Below, in pieces: positions 16,758-25,771 of a DNA stretch of 36,697 nt. The position numbers and the translations under genes are program-made. The notes under the pieces are model-generated. The model ran no database searches, had not been told where the DNA came from, and saw only the letters and a program-made list of their open reading frames with translations. Within the stretch, counting starts at the first letter, position 1. Every line of letters starts with the position of its first letter. This DNA comes from Nitrospirota bacterium (GTDB lineage Bacteria > JACPQY01): positions 1 through 36,697 of the forward strand of contig JACPAV010000038.1 in assembly GCA_016180645.1 (NCBI GenBank), read 5' to 3'.

Positions 16758-17126
16758 GTGTACAAGATCCTCGTTGTGGATGACTCTGCCGCTACGCGAT
16801 CCGCCCTGACTTCCGCCATCGAAAGGCTCGACGCTTCCACCGTGGTGGCCTCGCCGAACGCCTACGAGGCACTCAAGCTTCTTCCGCGGGAGCGGTTCGA
16901 TCTCATCATCACGGACATCAACATGCCGGACATTAACGGGCTCGAACTGATTCACTACATCCGGGCCAACCCTCTCTACAAGTCCACTCCCGTTTTCGTC
17001 GTTTCCACCGAGGGCGCGGAACGCGACCGCCGGAAGGGTCTGGAACTGGGCGCGAACGAATACGTGGTGAAACCGTTCGATCCGGACGAGCTCCTCGCCC
17101 TGGTGAAGAAGTACCTCACCGCCTGA
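16758..17126 (+). CDS. cheY: CheY-like single-domain response regulator
   Basis: ILVVDDS, DLIITDINMPDINGLEL, VVST, YVVKPF; first gene of the che cluster. Confidence 0.88.
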   Translation: MYKILVVDDSAATRSALTSAIERLDASTVVASPNAYEALKLLPRERFDLIITDINMPDINGLELIHYIRANPLYKSTPVFVVSTEGAERDRRKGLELGANEYVVKPFDPDELLALVKKYLTA

Positions 17127-17152
17127 ATCGTGCCCGCCCTCCGCGCGCCCAA

Positions 17153-17186
17153 GGATTTGGAATCTCAAATCTCGAATTTGAAATCC
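17153..17186. repeat. Short heptamer-like tandem repeat with inverted ends
   Basis: GGATTTG GAATCTC AAATCTC GAATTTG AAATCC, between cheY and cheA. Confidence 0.5.
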
Positions 17187-17202
17187 ACAGGGTAGGGATC
17201 AG

Positions 17203-19416
17203 GTGCCTCGCGACCCCTCCGACAAAGCCCTCCTCGATTTCATCGCGGAGGCTGAAGAACTGCTCGAATCCCTGGAGCAGGACATCCTTCTCCTTGATGA
17301 AACCGCCCAGGAAGGTGAACTTTCCCGGGAGGTTCTAAACCGGATTTTCCGCTCCGCCCATACGCTGAAGGGGGTGTCGGGCATGTATGGGTTCGATCGC
17401 ATGAGCCGGCTCGGGCATGTCATGGAGGAAATCTTCGACGCACTGCGCATGGACCGTATCGTCTACTCCGGAGATTTGAAAACCCCCTTGCTCGGCGCGC
17501 TTCAGGTGTTCAAGGAGGTCATCAAGCGGAGAAGCGATGAGGACAAGGACTTGGAACCCCGGTTCGCGGATTGGCACGACCGGCTCAGCGCGGCGGTCCA
17601 TTCGCCGCCTCCCGCCGAGGTGGCCCCCGCTCCCGGCGCGTCGCCGCCGAAGTCTGCGGCGGACGATATTCAGATCGATCCGGAAATTCTCAAGGTCCTG
17701 ACGGAATACGAGGAGCACGTCCTCAAGAAACACATCAAGGCGAACCGTGCGATCTACAAGGTCCATTGCGCCTTCCCGATTGACGCGTTTGACAAGGGGC
17801 TCGAAAAAGTTACGGAGCAGCTCAAGTCGGTGGCGGATGTGATCAGCGTTCTCCCCAGCACCAGCACGGGGGACGAAAACAAACTGGAGTTCGACATCCT
17901 TGTGGCTACGGACCGGCTCCAGCACACGCTCCTCAGCGCCATCGATCCCCAGTTCAGGCTCGAAGATTTCATCCTGCCGAGGAAGTCGGAGCCGGCGGCG
18001 GTGGCAAAACCCCGGGCCGCGGCCCCGGTCCTTCCCCCCGCGCCCGCTCCGGCGCCGGCGCCGCATCCCGCCGCGCTGGAGGAGCGGGGCGAGACGAAGG
18101 TCGAATCCGTCAGCCTGAAGAGCGTGGCCGAAACGGTCCGCGTGGACATTCATCGCCTCGACCAGCTCATGAACATTGTGGGGGAGCTGATCCTGTATAA
18201 GACGATGCTCAACCAGGCTTCCACGGAAATTTCCGTCCGGTGGGAGGCGCTGGCCAAGGAGATTGCGGAGAGGTTCAATCTCGGCCCCTCCTCCCATGAA
18301 GTTCTCGCCCGCTCGATGGCCAAGGCCCTCCCTCCGACCTTTGTGAAGGCGAACAAGGAACTGGACCGGCGGCTGAAAGAGCTTCAGAACCGCATGATGG
18401 AAGTGCGCCTGGTTCCGCTCAAGCAGGTGTTCTCACGCCTGATGCGCGAGATCCGGAAGCTCCGCGACCAACTCAACAAACAGATCGATGTGCGCATGGA
18501 GGGCGAGGAAACGGAGTTGGACAAACTGCTGGTGGAGGAGTTGGTGGACCCGCTCATGCACCTCGTGCGAAACGCCGTGGACCACGGCATCCCTTCGCGG
18601 GGCACGGTTTCGCTGAAAGCCTCCCAGATCGGAAACCATGTCGTGGTGGAGGTGGCGGACGACGGATCGGGCATTGATCCGGCGAAGGTCTTGAAGGTGG
18701 CTTTGGAGCGCAAGATGCCTCGGGGCTTGGAACTCAAGGCGGAGTTGGACCGGCTGGCGGCCGCGGAGACCGCGAAGGGGCAGGCGCAGGAGAGTGTCTG
18801 GAGAAACCTGCTGCAAGACAAGAAGAGCGAGATCTTTTCCTTCCTCTTCGAGCCGGGATTCAGCACCAAGACGGAGGTTTCGACCCTCTCCGGGCGTGGA
18901 GTGGGTCTGGATGTGGTCAAGCGGAACATCTCACGCCATTCGGGCATCATCGAGGTCAAGAGCGAGGTGGGACAGGGGTCCACCTTCACCATCACCCTTC
19001 CCATCACGCTGGCGATCATCCAGGTGCTTCTGGTGCAGGTCGAGAATCACCAATTTGCGATTTCCCTTTCGTCCGTCCTGGAGACCCGCGAGCTTCCCAC
19101 CGCGGACATCCGCACGATCGAGCGCAAAGAGGTGATGCAACTGCGGGAGAGGACGCTGCCGCTGGTTCGTGTGCGCTCCTTCCTGGGATTGAACGGGACC
19201 GTTCCTGAAAAACAGTTTGTCGTGGTGGTCGGATACGGCGAGAAGGTCATGGGCCTGATTGTGGATGAGCTTCATGGCCAGCAGGACGTGGTCATCAAGT
19301 CCCTGGGCCGGCTCCTCCGCGGGATACGCGGCTTTGCCGGCGCCGCCGACCTCGGGTCGAAAACGATTCTCGTTTTGGACGTGGGCCACATCATCTCGAC
19401 CAGCTACAGGATGTAG
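17203..19416 (+). CDS. cheA: Chemotaxis histidine kinase CheA
   Basis: Hpt IFRSAHTLKG, Pro-rich linker, VRVDIHRLDQLMNIVGEL, DPLMHLVRNAVDHG, DDGSG, GFST, SGRGVGLDVV, and a C-terminal CheW-like domain. Confidence 0.96.
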   Translation: MPRDPSDKALLDFIAEAEELLESLEQDILLLDETAQEGELSREVLNRIFRSAHTLKGVSGMYGFDRMSRLGHVMEEIFDALRMDRIVYSGDLKTPLLGALQVFKEVIKRRSDEDKDLEPRFADWHDRLSAAVHSPPPAEVAPAPGASPPKSAADDIQIDPEILKVLTEYEEHVLKKHIKANRAIYKVHCAFPIDAFDKGLEKVTEQLKSVADVISVLPSTSTGDENKLEFDILVATDRLQHTLLSAIDPQFRLEDFILPRKSEPAAVAKPRAAAPVLPPAPAPAPAPHPAALEERGETKVESVSLKSVAETVRVDIHRLDQLMNIVGELILYKTMLNQASTEISVRWEALAKEIAERFNLGPSSHEVLARSMAKALPPTFVKANKELDRRLKELQNRMMEVRLVPLKQVFSRLMREIRKLRDQLNKQIDVRMEGEETELDKLLVEELVDPLMHLVRNAVDHGIPSRGTVSLKASQIGNHVVVEVADDGSGIDPAKVLKVALERKMPRGLELKAELDRLAAAETAKGQAQESVWRNLLQDKKSEIFSFLFEPGFSTKTEVSTLSGRGVGLDVVKRNISRHSGIIEVKSEVGQGSTFTITLPITLAIIQVLLVQVENHQFAISLSSVLETRELPTADIRTIERKEVMQLRERTLPLVRVRSFLGLNGTVPEKQFVVVVGYGEKVMGLIVDELHGQQDVVIKSLGRLLRGIRGFAGAADLGSKTILVLDVGHIISTSYRM

Positions 19417-19418
19417 GG

Positions 19419-20051
19419 TTGGAGCGCATGACGGATCGGCCGATCTCAAGCGCGATGGTTCCCGGCGCGTCGAAGGGGGGGGAAGACGAAGCTCCGCCTC
19501 GCGCGATCTTCACGTTCTGGCTCGGCGATGAAGAGTACGGAATCGAGCTGGCCGCCGTGAAGGAGATTGTGAAGCACAAGGATCTCACGGTGACGCGCGT
19601 GCCGACGGCCCCGCCCTTCATCCCCGGAATTCTCAGTCTCCGCGGTGAAGTGATCCCGATGCTGGATCTCAAGATGCGGCTGGGGCTGGGCGCGGAGGCC
19701 GGAGCCGAATCGGGGACCGGCGGCCGCATCGTCATCTGCGAGCACCGGGGAAGTTCGTTCGGTGTCATCGTGGACCGCGTGGGCGGGGTGGTCCACGTGC
19801 CGGAGAGCCGCCTGGAGAAGGCCCCGGCACACATTGGCGCGGCGGAAGCCGAGTTCATCGAGCGATTGGGGAAGTACGATGCCCACGAGCGAAGGCGGGC
19901 GGGAGAGTTTGTCCCCGGTGAGTTCAGCCAGGAGGAGGCAGGCGAACAAGGCGAGTTGGAGGAAATGAAGATCGTGGCGATTCTTCACGTTCCCAAGATC
20001 GTGGATTTCGGGCTGGAGGAGGAGGGGGAGATTGACGAAGCCGGTGGATGA
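19419..20051 (+). CDS. cheW: CheW adaptor
   Basis: FWLGDEEYGI..VKEI, TRVPTAP.FI.GILSLRGEVIP.LDL, GVIVD.V. The start may be ATG 19428. Confidence 0.9.
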   Translation: MERMTDRPISSAMVPGASKGGEDEAPPRAIFTFWLGDEEYGIELAAVKEIVKHKDLTVTRVPTAPPFIPGILSLRGEVIPMLDLKMRLGLGAEAGAESGTGGRIVICEHRGSSFGVIVDRVGGVVHVPESRLEKAPAHIGAAEAEFIERLGKYDAHERRRAGEFVPGEFSQEEAGEQGELEEMKIVAILHVPKIVDFGLEEEGEIDEAGG

Positions 20052-20577
20052 GGAGAGCCAATACGCCTTGATCCGGGTCGGCTCCGAGAAGTACGCCATC
20101 GACATCATGCGCGTCAAGGAGATCCTCCGTCCGCTGAAGGTCACGGCCGTCAAGCGAACGTTCAAGTTCGTGGAGGGCGTCATTGATCTCCGGGGGGAAG
20201 TTATTCCGGTGGTGGATCTGCGCAAACGGTTGGGGGCCGGGGAGGAATCCGACGCGGAAGTCACGGGAGGCGAATTCGAGTCGAGATTTTCTCGCTCGCG
20301 GACGAAAGCCGTGCCGGGCGCCGTTCGGAAGAAAGAGCGAATCGTGGTGGTGGGATGGGATGAAGGGAAGCTGGGGTTGATGGTGGATGAAGCGAGCGAG
20401 GTTTTCCGATTGCCCGCCGACCGCATCCAACCGCCGCCCCCTTCGGCGGCGGGTGAAGATCCGCTCTATGCAGGGATCGTTCCCTTTGCGGGGGACTTGA
20501 TCATGGTGCTGGATCTCGATCACCTTTTTTCGAAACACGAGCGGGGCGAACTGGAAGCCTCGGAGCTGAAGGAATGA
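20032..20577 (+). CDS. cheW: CheW adaptor
   Basis: YAIDIMRVKEI, GVIDLRGEVIPVVDLRKR, GLMVDEASEV; a strong purine-rich RBS precedes the TTG start. Confidence 0.9.
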   Translation: MTKPVDEESQYALIRVGSEKYAIDIMRVKEILRPLKVTAVKRTFKFVEGVIDLRGEVIPVVDLRKRLGAGEESDAEVTGGEFESRFSRSRTKAVPGAVRKKERIVVVGWDEGKLGLMVDEASEVFRLPADRIQPPPPSAAGEDPLYAGIVPFAGDLIMVLDLDHLFSKHERGELEASELKE

Positions 20578-20612
20578 TCGCCCGTATTCCTCCCCCAGGC
20601 AGGATCTGATCC

Positions 20613-23156
20613 ATGGTGCGCCTGATCCGCCAAGGGATGATCTTTTGGAACGCTGTGGCCAGCGTCATGGGAGGTCTGGTCTTCCTGCTGACCTACATCA
20701 CCGCCGCCGATCTGAACGTCCAGCAGCTCATCGCGGCCGTTGGGGGGGGAGCGGTGCTGCTGTTCCTGGTCACCGGGCCCATCCAGTACGGCTCAAATGA
20801 GATTTGGTTCCGTCCGATCTTCCAATTCATTCGGAAACGTGAGCGGCGTGAGACCGTACCGGAAGAGGTGCTGGAAGCGGCCTACTCGGGAGTCCTTCGC
20901 TTTCCGATCCGCGCGGCTTTCGTGTCCCTCGCGATGTGGACGATTCCCACGGCGTTTTTCGTCTTCGTGTTTCTCGACCGGTTTGGGGTGAGCCGTCGCC
21001 AGCAGGTCTATCTCTGGGCGGCTTTGGCGAACGCCGGTCTGGTCGGACTGGTGTTCCAGTTCTTTCTTTTCAAGCGCGCCCTGGCTCCCGTTGCCGGTGA
21101 GTTGGCCCATCTCCTGCGGCAACTCCCATCCGCCATCACCACGCAGCCGCCCATTCTGAGTATCCGGCTGAAGATCTACGTGTCCTTCCTGGCCCTGCTG
21201 TCCTTCTCTCTCATCTTCTTGTCCCTTTTGAGCTTCAGCCGATTCGAGAAAGTTCACTCGGAACACATCAAGAGCCTCGCGCTCCAGGAATTGTCCAACA
21301 TCCGGGGCGTCCTCCTCCCCGTGCACGAATCACCTTCGGATGAGTGGGCCCACGCGGTGCGTTCGGTGCGATTGACCGGCCAGGGTCGGCCCTTTCTGCT
21401 GGAGGTGTCTGGGAAACCGATTTCGGGACCTCCGGTTCCGCTACCCGCTCTCCGAGTCGATGAAGCCTGGTCGAAGACCTCCGCCGAGGAGGTGTGGGTG
21501 GCCACCCGGCTGCTCTTGCCGCCGGTCGTTCTGGGGATCGTCTATCCCCGGTCGGAGTTTGTAGCGGTCGGGAGAGATTTCGCTTTTGCCACCATCGGGG
21601 TGGGGCTGTTTACGCTGGCGTTCGGATTCGTGATCGCCTTCCTGGCTGCGGTGCATGTGTCGGGGCCGGTGAAGGAGCTGGGCCAGGGGCTCTCGCGCGC
21701 CGCAAGGGGATATTTCGGGGAGCCGCGCGTGTACCTCGGAGGCGATGAAGTGGACGGGCTCAGCCGGTCGATCCGAAGCATGGTCCGCCGGATGCACGCG
21801 CAGCTCAGCCATGTGCGGGAGGGAGCCGTGGGCATGGCGGAATCGGCGCGCCGTACGTTTACCGCCTCGCGCGCGATTCATGCCGAGAGCCGCGGGCAGC
21901 TGATCGATGCGGAAGACGCCTCGAAGCTTTCCGGCATGATTGCGTCCAACACCGAGATGATGAATCGTGAGGTGAAGGGACTCCGCAAGGTGGCGGAGGA
22001 CATTCTGGGGTTCTTCACCTCGCTCGTAGGGGGGATGGATCGCGTGGACCATTCGGGCGCCGACCTGAGGGCTTCGATCCAGGAGTTTTCACCGATGATG
22101 GAGAAGGTCATGGGCATCGCCGACCAGATGAGCGGTCAAACCGGTGAGCTGGCCCGGTTTTCGGACGAAACGGCCGCCGCCACCACGCAGGCGCATGCCA
22201 GCGCCCGGAACGTCGAGAGGGTTGCTTTGGAAGCGTCCGCTTTGATCCTGAGCGTGCGGGAGGCGGCGGAGCGGGGAGAAGAAGCCATCCGGTCGATTGC
22301 CGCCGGAATGGGGCGCATCCAACAGGCCGGCGAGAGCGTGTTGACGCTGATCGAGGAATTGGACGGACTCTTCAGGGAGGTGAAGTGGATCATCCATCTC
22401 ATCGGGGAAGTCGCCGAGGACGCGGACATCCTGGCTCTCAATGCGGAAATCATCTCCGAGCAGGTGGGAGAGCGAGGGGGGGGATTCTCCATCGTGGCCC
22501 AGGAGGTGGGAAACCTGGCCTACAACACACAGTCCTACACCCGGACCGTTACGGGCCATCTCGAGCGTGTCGAGCGCATGGAGAAATCGACGCTGATCAA
22601 GGTGGGCGAGATGAACAAGGTGATTCAGGAGGCGATCTTTTACGCGAATGAGCTTTCCAAAACCTTCCAGCTCGTTCTCGAGCATACTCAGCGGAATGCC
22701 GGAGTGGCGCAGGAAATCGCCAATGCATGCAGAGAGCAGGCCACGGGGAGCGAGCGCATCACCACCGCCATGGTGCAGATGAACCAGACGGTGGAGCAGA
22801 TCTCCTCGGACGCCGAACGGATGCGCGCGTGCGTGGAAAGGATCCGGACCATTGCCGGGAGGCTGAACGAAGGGTCGGAGGCCCTCTCCGAACGGTCGCG
22901 CCGGCAGAAAGCGGCATCGGAGGAGGCCCGGACCACTCTCTCGCCGCTGCTGGAGCTCGTGGACTCGATTGCGCGCGCTTCGAACGAACAGGGAGCAACC
23001 ATGGGAGCGTTTCAAGAAAACGTGAATCGCCTCGTGGATGCCGCGTCGCAGAACGCGACCACCACGGATGGCCTCGAGAACGCCTGCGCCCGCATCGAGG
23101 GCGGCGCCGAACAGCTCGAGGCGCAGACGGCGCGCATCTACCTGGAGAAAGCATGA
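20613..23156 (+). CDS. Methyl-accepting chemotaxis protein (multi-TM, divergent hairpin tip)
   Basis: Several TM segments, a HAMP-like region, a long coiled coil, and tip ADILALNAEIISEQVGERGGGFSIVAQEV. Confidence 0.85.
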   Translation: MVRLIRQGMIFWNAVASVMGGLVFLLTYITAADLNVQQLIAAVGGGAVLLFLVTGPIQYGSNEIWFRPIFQFIRKRERRETVPEEVLEAAYSGVLRFPIRAAFVSLAMWTIPTAFFVFVFLDRFGVSRRQQVYLWAALANAGLVGLVFQFFLFKRALAPVAGELAHLLRQLPSAITTQPPILSIRLKIYVSFLALLSFSLIFLSLLSFSRFEKVHSEHIKSLALQELSNIRGVLLPVHESPSDEWAHAVRSVRLTGQGRPFLLEVSGKPISGPPVPLPALRVDEAWSKTSAEEVWVATRLLLPPVVLGIVYPRSEFVAVGRDFAFATIGVGLFTLAFGFVIAFLAAVHVSGPVKELGQGLSRAARGYFGEPRVYLGGDEVDGLSRSIRSMVRRMHAQLSHVREGAVGMAESARRTFTASRAIHAESRGQLIDAEDASKLSGMIASNTEMMNREVKGLRKVAEDILGFFTSLVGGMDRVDHSGADLRASIQEFSPMMEKVMGIADQMSGQTGELARFSDETAAATTQAHASARNVERVALEASALILSVREAAERGEEAIRSIAAGMGRIQQAGESVLTLIEELDGLFREVKWIIHLIGEVAEDADILALNAEIISEQVGERGGGFSIVAQEVGNLAYNTQSYTRTVTGHLERVERMEKSTLIKVGEMNKVIQEAIFYANELSKTFQLVLEHTQRNAGVAQEIANACREQATGSERITTAMVQMNQTVEQISSDAERMRACVERIRTIAGRLNEGSEALSERSRRQKAASEEARTTLSPLLELVDSIARASNEQGATMGAFQENVNRLVDAASQNATTTDGLENACARIEGGAEQLEAQTARIYLEKA

Positions 23157-25771
23157 TGTCCCTGAGTGAACGGTTCTTGTCCTGGAGGGTCTCGCGCCGG
23201 CTGATGGTGGGAGGCCTGGTCACGTCGTTCGCCTCGGTCCTCCTGGTGGGAATCTACTTCTACAACTTGTTCCGCAACGTGGTCCAGCAGGAATCCTATC
23301 TGGTCCTGGGTGTCCTGTCCGGATTCCCGCTGTTTGTCCTGCTTTACCTGCGGATGCTCCGGCCCCACGTGAGGAAGGTCACCCGGGCGGCGGCGGAGGC
23401 GCGAAAAGGGGCGATGGCCGACCCGGAGACGCTGCAGGCCGGCCGCGATGAACTCCTCCGCCTCCCGTTCCGTGCATTTGCAGCGGGGCTGTCCTGCTGG
23501 ACGCTGGGCGGCGTGATCGTGTCGATCTTCTGCTATGTCGTGGTCGGCCTGACCGTTGCCCAGACGGTCAAGGCCGGAACGGCATGCGTTTTCGGCGGCG
23601 CCATCGGCTCGCTGACCGGACTCTTTGTGGTGAAATTCCTGCTGTCACCGGAGTACCAGGTCTTGGCGGCCGCGGACGGGGGAGGCGAACCGTCTCTGGT
23701 GGTATCCCTTCGGAGCAAACTTCTCCTGACCTTCATTCTCATCCTCACGTTCACGATCGTCTTCACCATTATCCACCATCACACCAAGTCCGAGGACGTT
23801 CTGAAGCGCGAGATCGCGCGGTTCGCGGTCTCCGAATTGACCCGCCGATCGAAACTGATCGGATACACGGCCGAGGACCTGGCGAAGTGGTCGGTCCGGG
23901 CAGGGGCCGGGCTCCGGCGGGAATGGTTTGTCGTGACGGGAGGAGGAACGTGGGTGGCCGGTTCGGACGGCGCAAAATCGGATGTCCTGGGACTTTGGGA
24001 AACGAGGTCGAGAACCATCATGGGCGAGTGGATCGGCCGGGCCGTGGGTCGCTCCCGTCCGCCGACCGACGTCCAGATGTCCATCGAACTGACCCAGGGG
24101 GACTTGGCCACCTACATTCCCGTGCCGGGCCATGACCTCCTGTTCGGCGTGGTCATACGGGACAACGAGCTGACGCCCGCGGTGCATCCCCTGCTCATGA
24201 ACTACGTCTGGATCCTTCTCTTCTGCATTCTTGTTTCGATCCTCATCACCGTCCTCACCTACCAGGATATCGTCCACCCGATCCGGCGCGTGCGAAGCTT
24301 CGCGGCAACCGTGGCGGCGGGCGATTTTTCCGGCCAGCCTGAAACGATCTCGGAGGACGAAACGGGAATCCTGGTCGTGGCGATGGCGCGGTTCACGGGA
24401 GCCTTGGAGCAACTGGATCGGGGATTGCGGCAGGTTGCCGGTGAGGTTGATTCTCTCTCCGGTCAGGCGGAACGCCTGTCGCGGGAGATGGATCAACGAA
24501 GCGAGCAGCAGTCGGAGTGGATCGAGAACTCGGAGCAGATGGGCGCCACCGGCCTCCACCAAATCGAGGATCTGTTGAAAGCTTCGGCGGATCTCCAGGA
24601 TCGGATCGTGCGGTCGATGGGGCGGATCGGAGGGATCGGCGCCGGTCTGGATGAGATGCGGAAACAAGGGGAGGAGTTCCGCGGCGGTTTCCGCGAGCTG
24701 GAACAACTGGCCGAATCGCTCGAGAAACATGGCAAGAATATCGGGCAGGCCCTGGAATGGGTGGGATCGCAGGGCGACGAAACCGCGGCGGCTGCGAATG
24801 AGATTGAAATCTCCGTCAGAAGCATCCGGGAGAACGCCGGGGAAACCGAGAAGCTGATCCTGGCCATCGAGAAGGCGGGGAAGAGGGGGACCGATATCTT
24901 CGGGGCCCTTCAGAAGCTGATGGAGGCGGCGGGAGGATTGTCACGCGAGGCGACGGAAGAACTCCGCATGCTTACGGTGGAAGGCGACAAGATCAACCGG
25001 ATGATCCAGGGTATCGAGGATGTGGCCGAGAACACCAACCTCCTGTCCCTGAACGCGGCGATCATTGCGGCCCACTCGGGCGAGTTCGAGCGGGAGTTCG
25101 CCGTGGTGGTGGAGGAGATCAAGGCCCTGGCCCAGCGGTCCACCGGCTACGCCGAGGAGATCAAGGGCATCGTCAAGAACATTTCCCTGAAAACCCAACG
25201 GAGTTACGAGGCATCTCAGGAGGGCCACCATGTCATTGACGAAGGGATTCAAGCCGCATTGCGGGCGCAGGCCGGATTCCGTGATATTCTGGCGCAGAAT
25301 GAGCAGAGCCGATTCGTCATCAAGCGCATCCTCGACGCCAGCCAAGAGCAGCAATCTTCAGCCCAGAGGGTCAACGAGTACATGGTGAAGTTGAATACCG
25401 GTTTTGAGGTGATCACCGAAGGGGCTCGTGGACAGGCGGACGTCATGTTGGGGCTGGGAGAGGGTGTGGAGAGGATGAAGTTCGTTGAGGCCTCCGTGGC
25501 CAGGGAGCTGGGGGGCCAGAAGGGCGCCGTGCAGAAGGCGGCTCTGATGGCGCCGTCGATGACCCGCGTGGTGGAGGCCCTCCGCCATTTCGGATGTTCG
25601 CAGGTGCCCAGCCTCGAAGAGATCCGCGACCGGATGGGTAAATTGAGAGAAAAGTGCCGGGCGAACGAGGCGCAGGCCGAGATTCTTGGCCAGGGCATTC
25701 GGGAATTCCGAAGCCGCTCGATGGATCTGTTGAAACCGGCGGCAGGTGACGGTAAAGGAAGTGGGTCATGA
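23153..25771 (+). CDS. Methyl-accepting chemotaxis protein (multi-TM)
   Basis: Start ATG 23153 overlaps the previous stop. TM segments, HAMP (GDFS...DETG.L), and tip TNLLSLNAAIIAAHSGEFEREFAVVVEEIKALA. Confidence 0.88.
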   Translation: MMSLSERFLSWRVSRRLMVGGLVTSFASVLLVGIYFYNLFRNVVQQESYLVLGVLSGFPLFVLLYLRMLRPHVRKVTRAAAEARKGAMADPETLQAGRDELLRLPFRAFAAGLSCWTLGGVIVSIFCYVVVGLTVAQTVKAGTACVFGGAIGSLTGLFVVKFLLSPEYQVLAAADGGGEPSLVVSLRSKLLLTFILILTFTIVFTIIHHHTKSEDVLKREIARFAVSELTRRSKLIGYTAEDLAKWSVRAGAGLRREWFVVTGGGTWVAGSDGAKSDVLGLWETRSRTIMGEWIGRAVGRSRPPTDVQMSIELTQGDLATYIPVPGHDLLFGVVIRDNELTPAVHPLLMNYVWILLFCILVSILITVLTYQDIVHPIRRVRSFAATVAAGDFSGQPETISEDETGILVVAMARFTGALEQLDRGLRQVAGEVDSLSGQAERLSREMDQRSEQQSEWIENSEQMGATGLHQIEDLLKASADLQDRIVRSMGRIGGIGAGLDEMRKQGEEFRGGFRELEQLAESLEKHGKNIGQALEWVGSQGDETAAAANEIEISVRSIRENAGETEKLILAIEKAGKRGTDIFGALQKLMEAAGGLSREATEELRMLTVEGDKINRMIQGIEDVAENTNLLSLNAAIIAAHSGEFEREFAVVVEEIKALAQRSTGYAEEIKGIVKNISLKTQRSYEASQEGHHVIDEGIQAALRAQAGFRDILAQNEQSRFVIKRILDASQEQQSSAQRVNEYMVKLNTGFEVITEGARGQADVMLGLGEGVERMKFVEASVARELGGQKGAVQKAALMAPSMTRVVEALRHFGCSQVPSLEEIRDRMGKLREKCRANEAQAEILGQGIREFRSRSMDLLKPAAGDGKGSGS

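Noticed and set aside
22727-23152. N-terminal 142 aa of the 1014-aa MCP ORF
   Set aside because: It is an out-of-frame overlap with the preceding MCP; the real start is ATG 23153.
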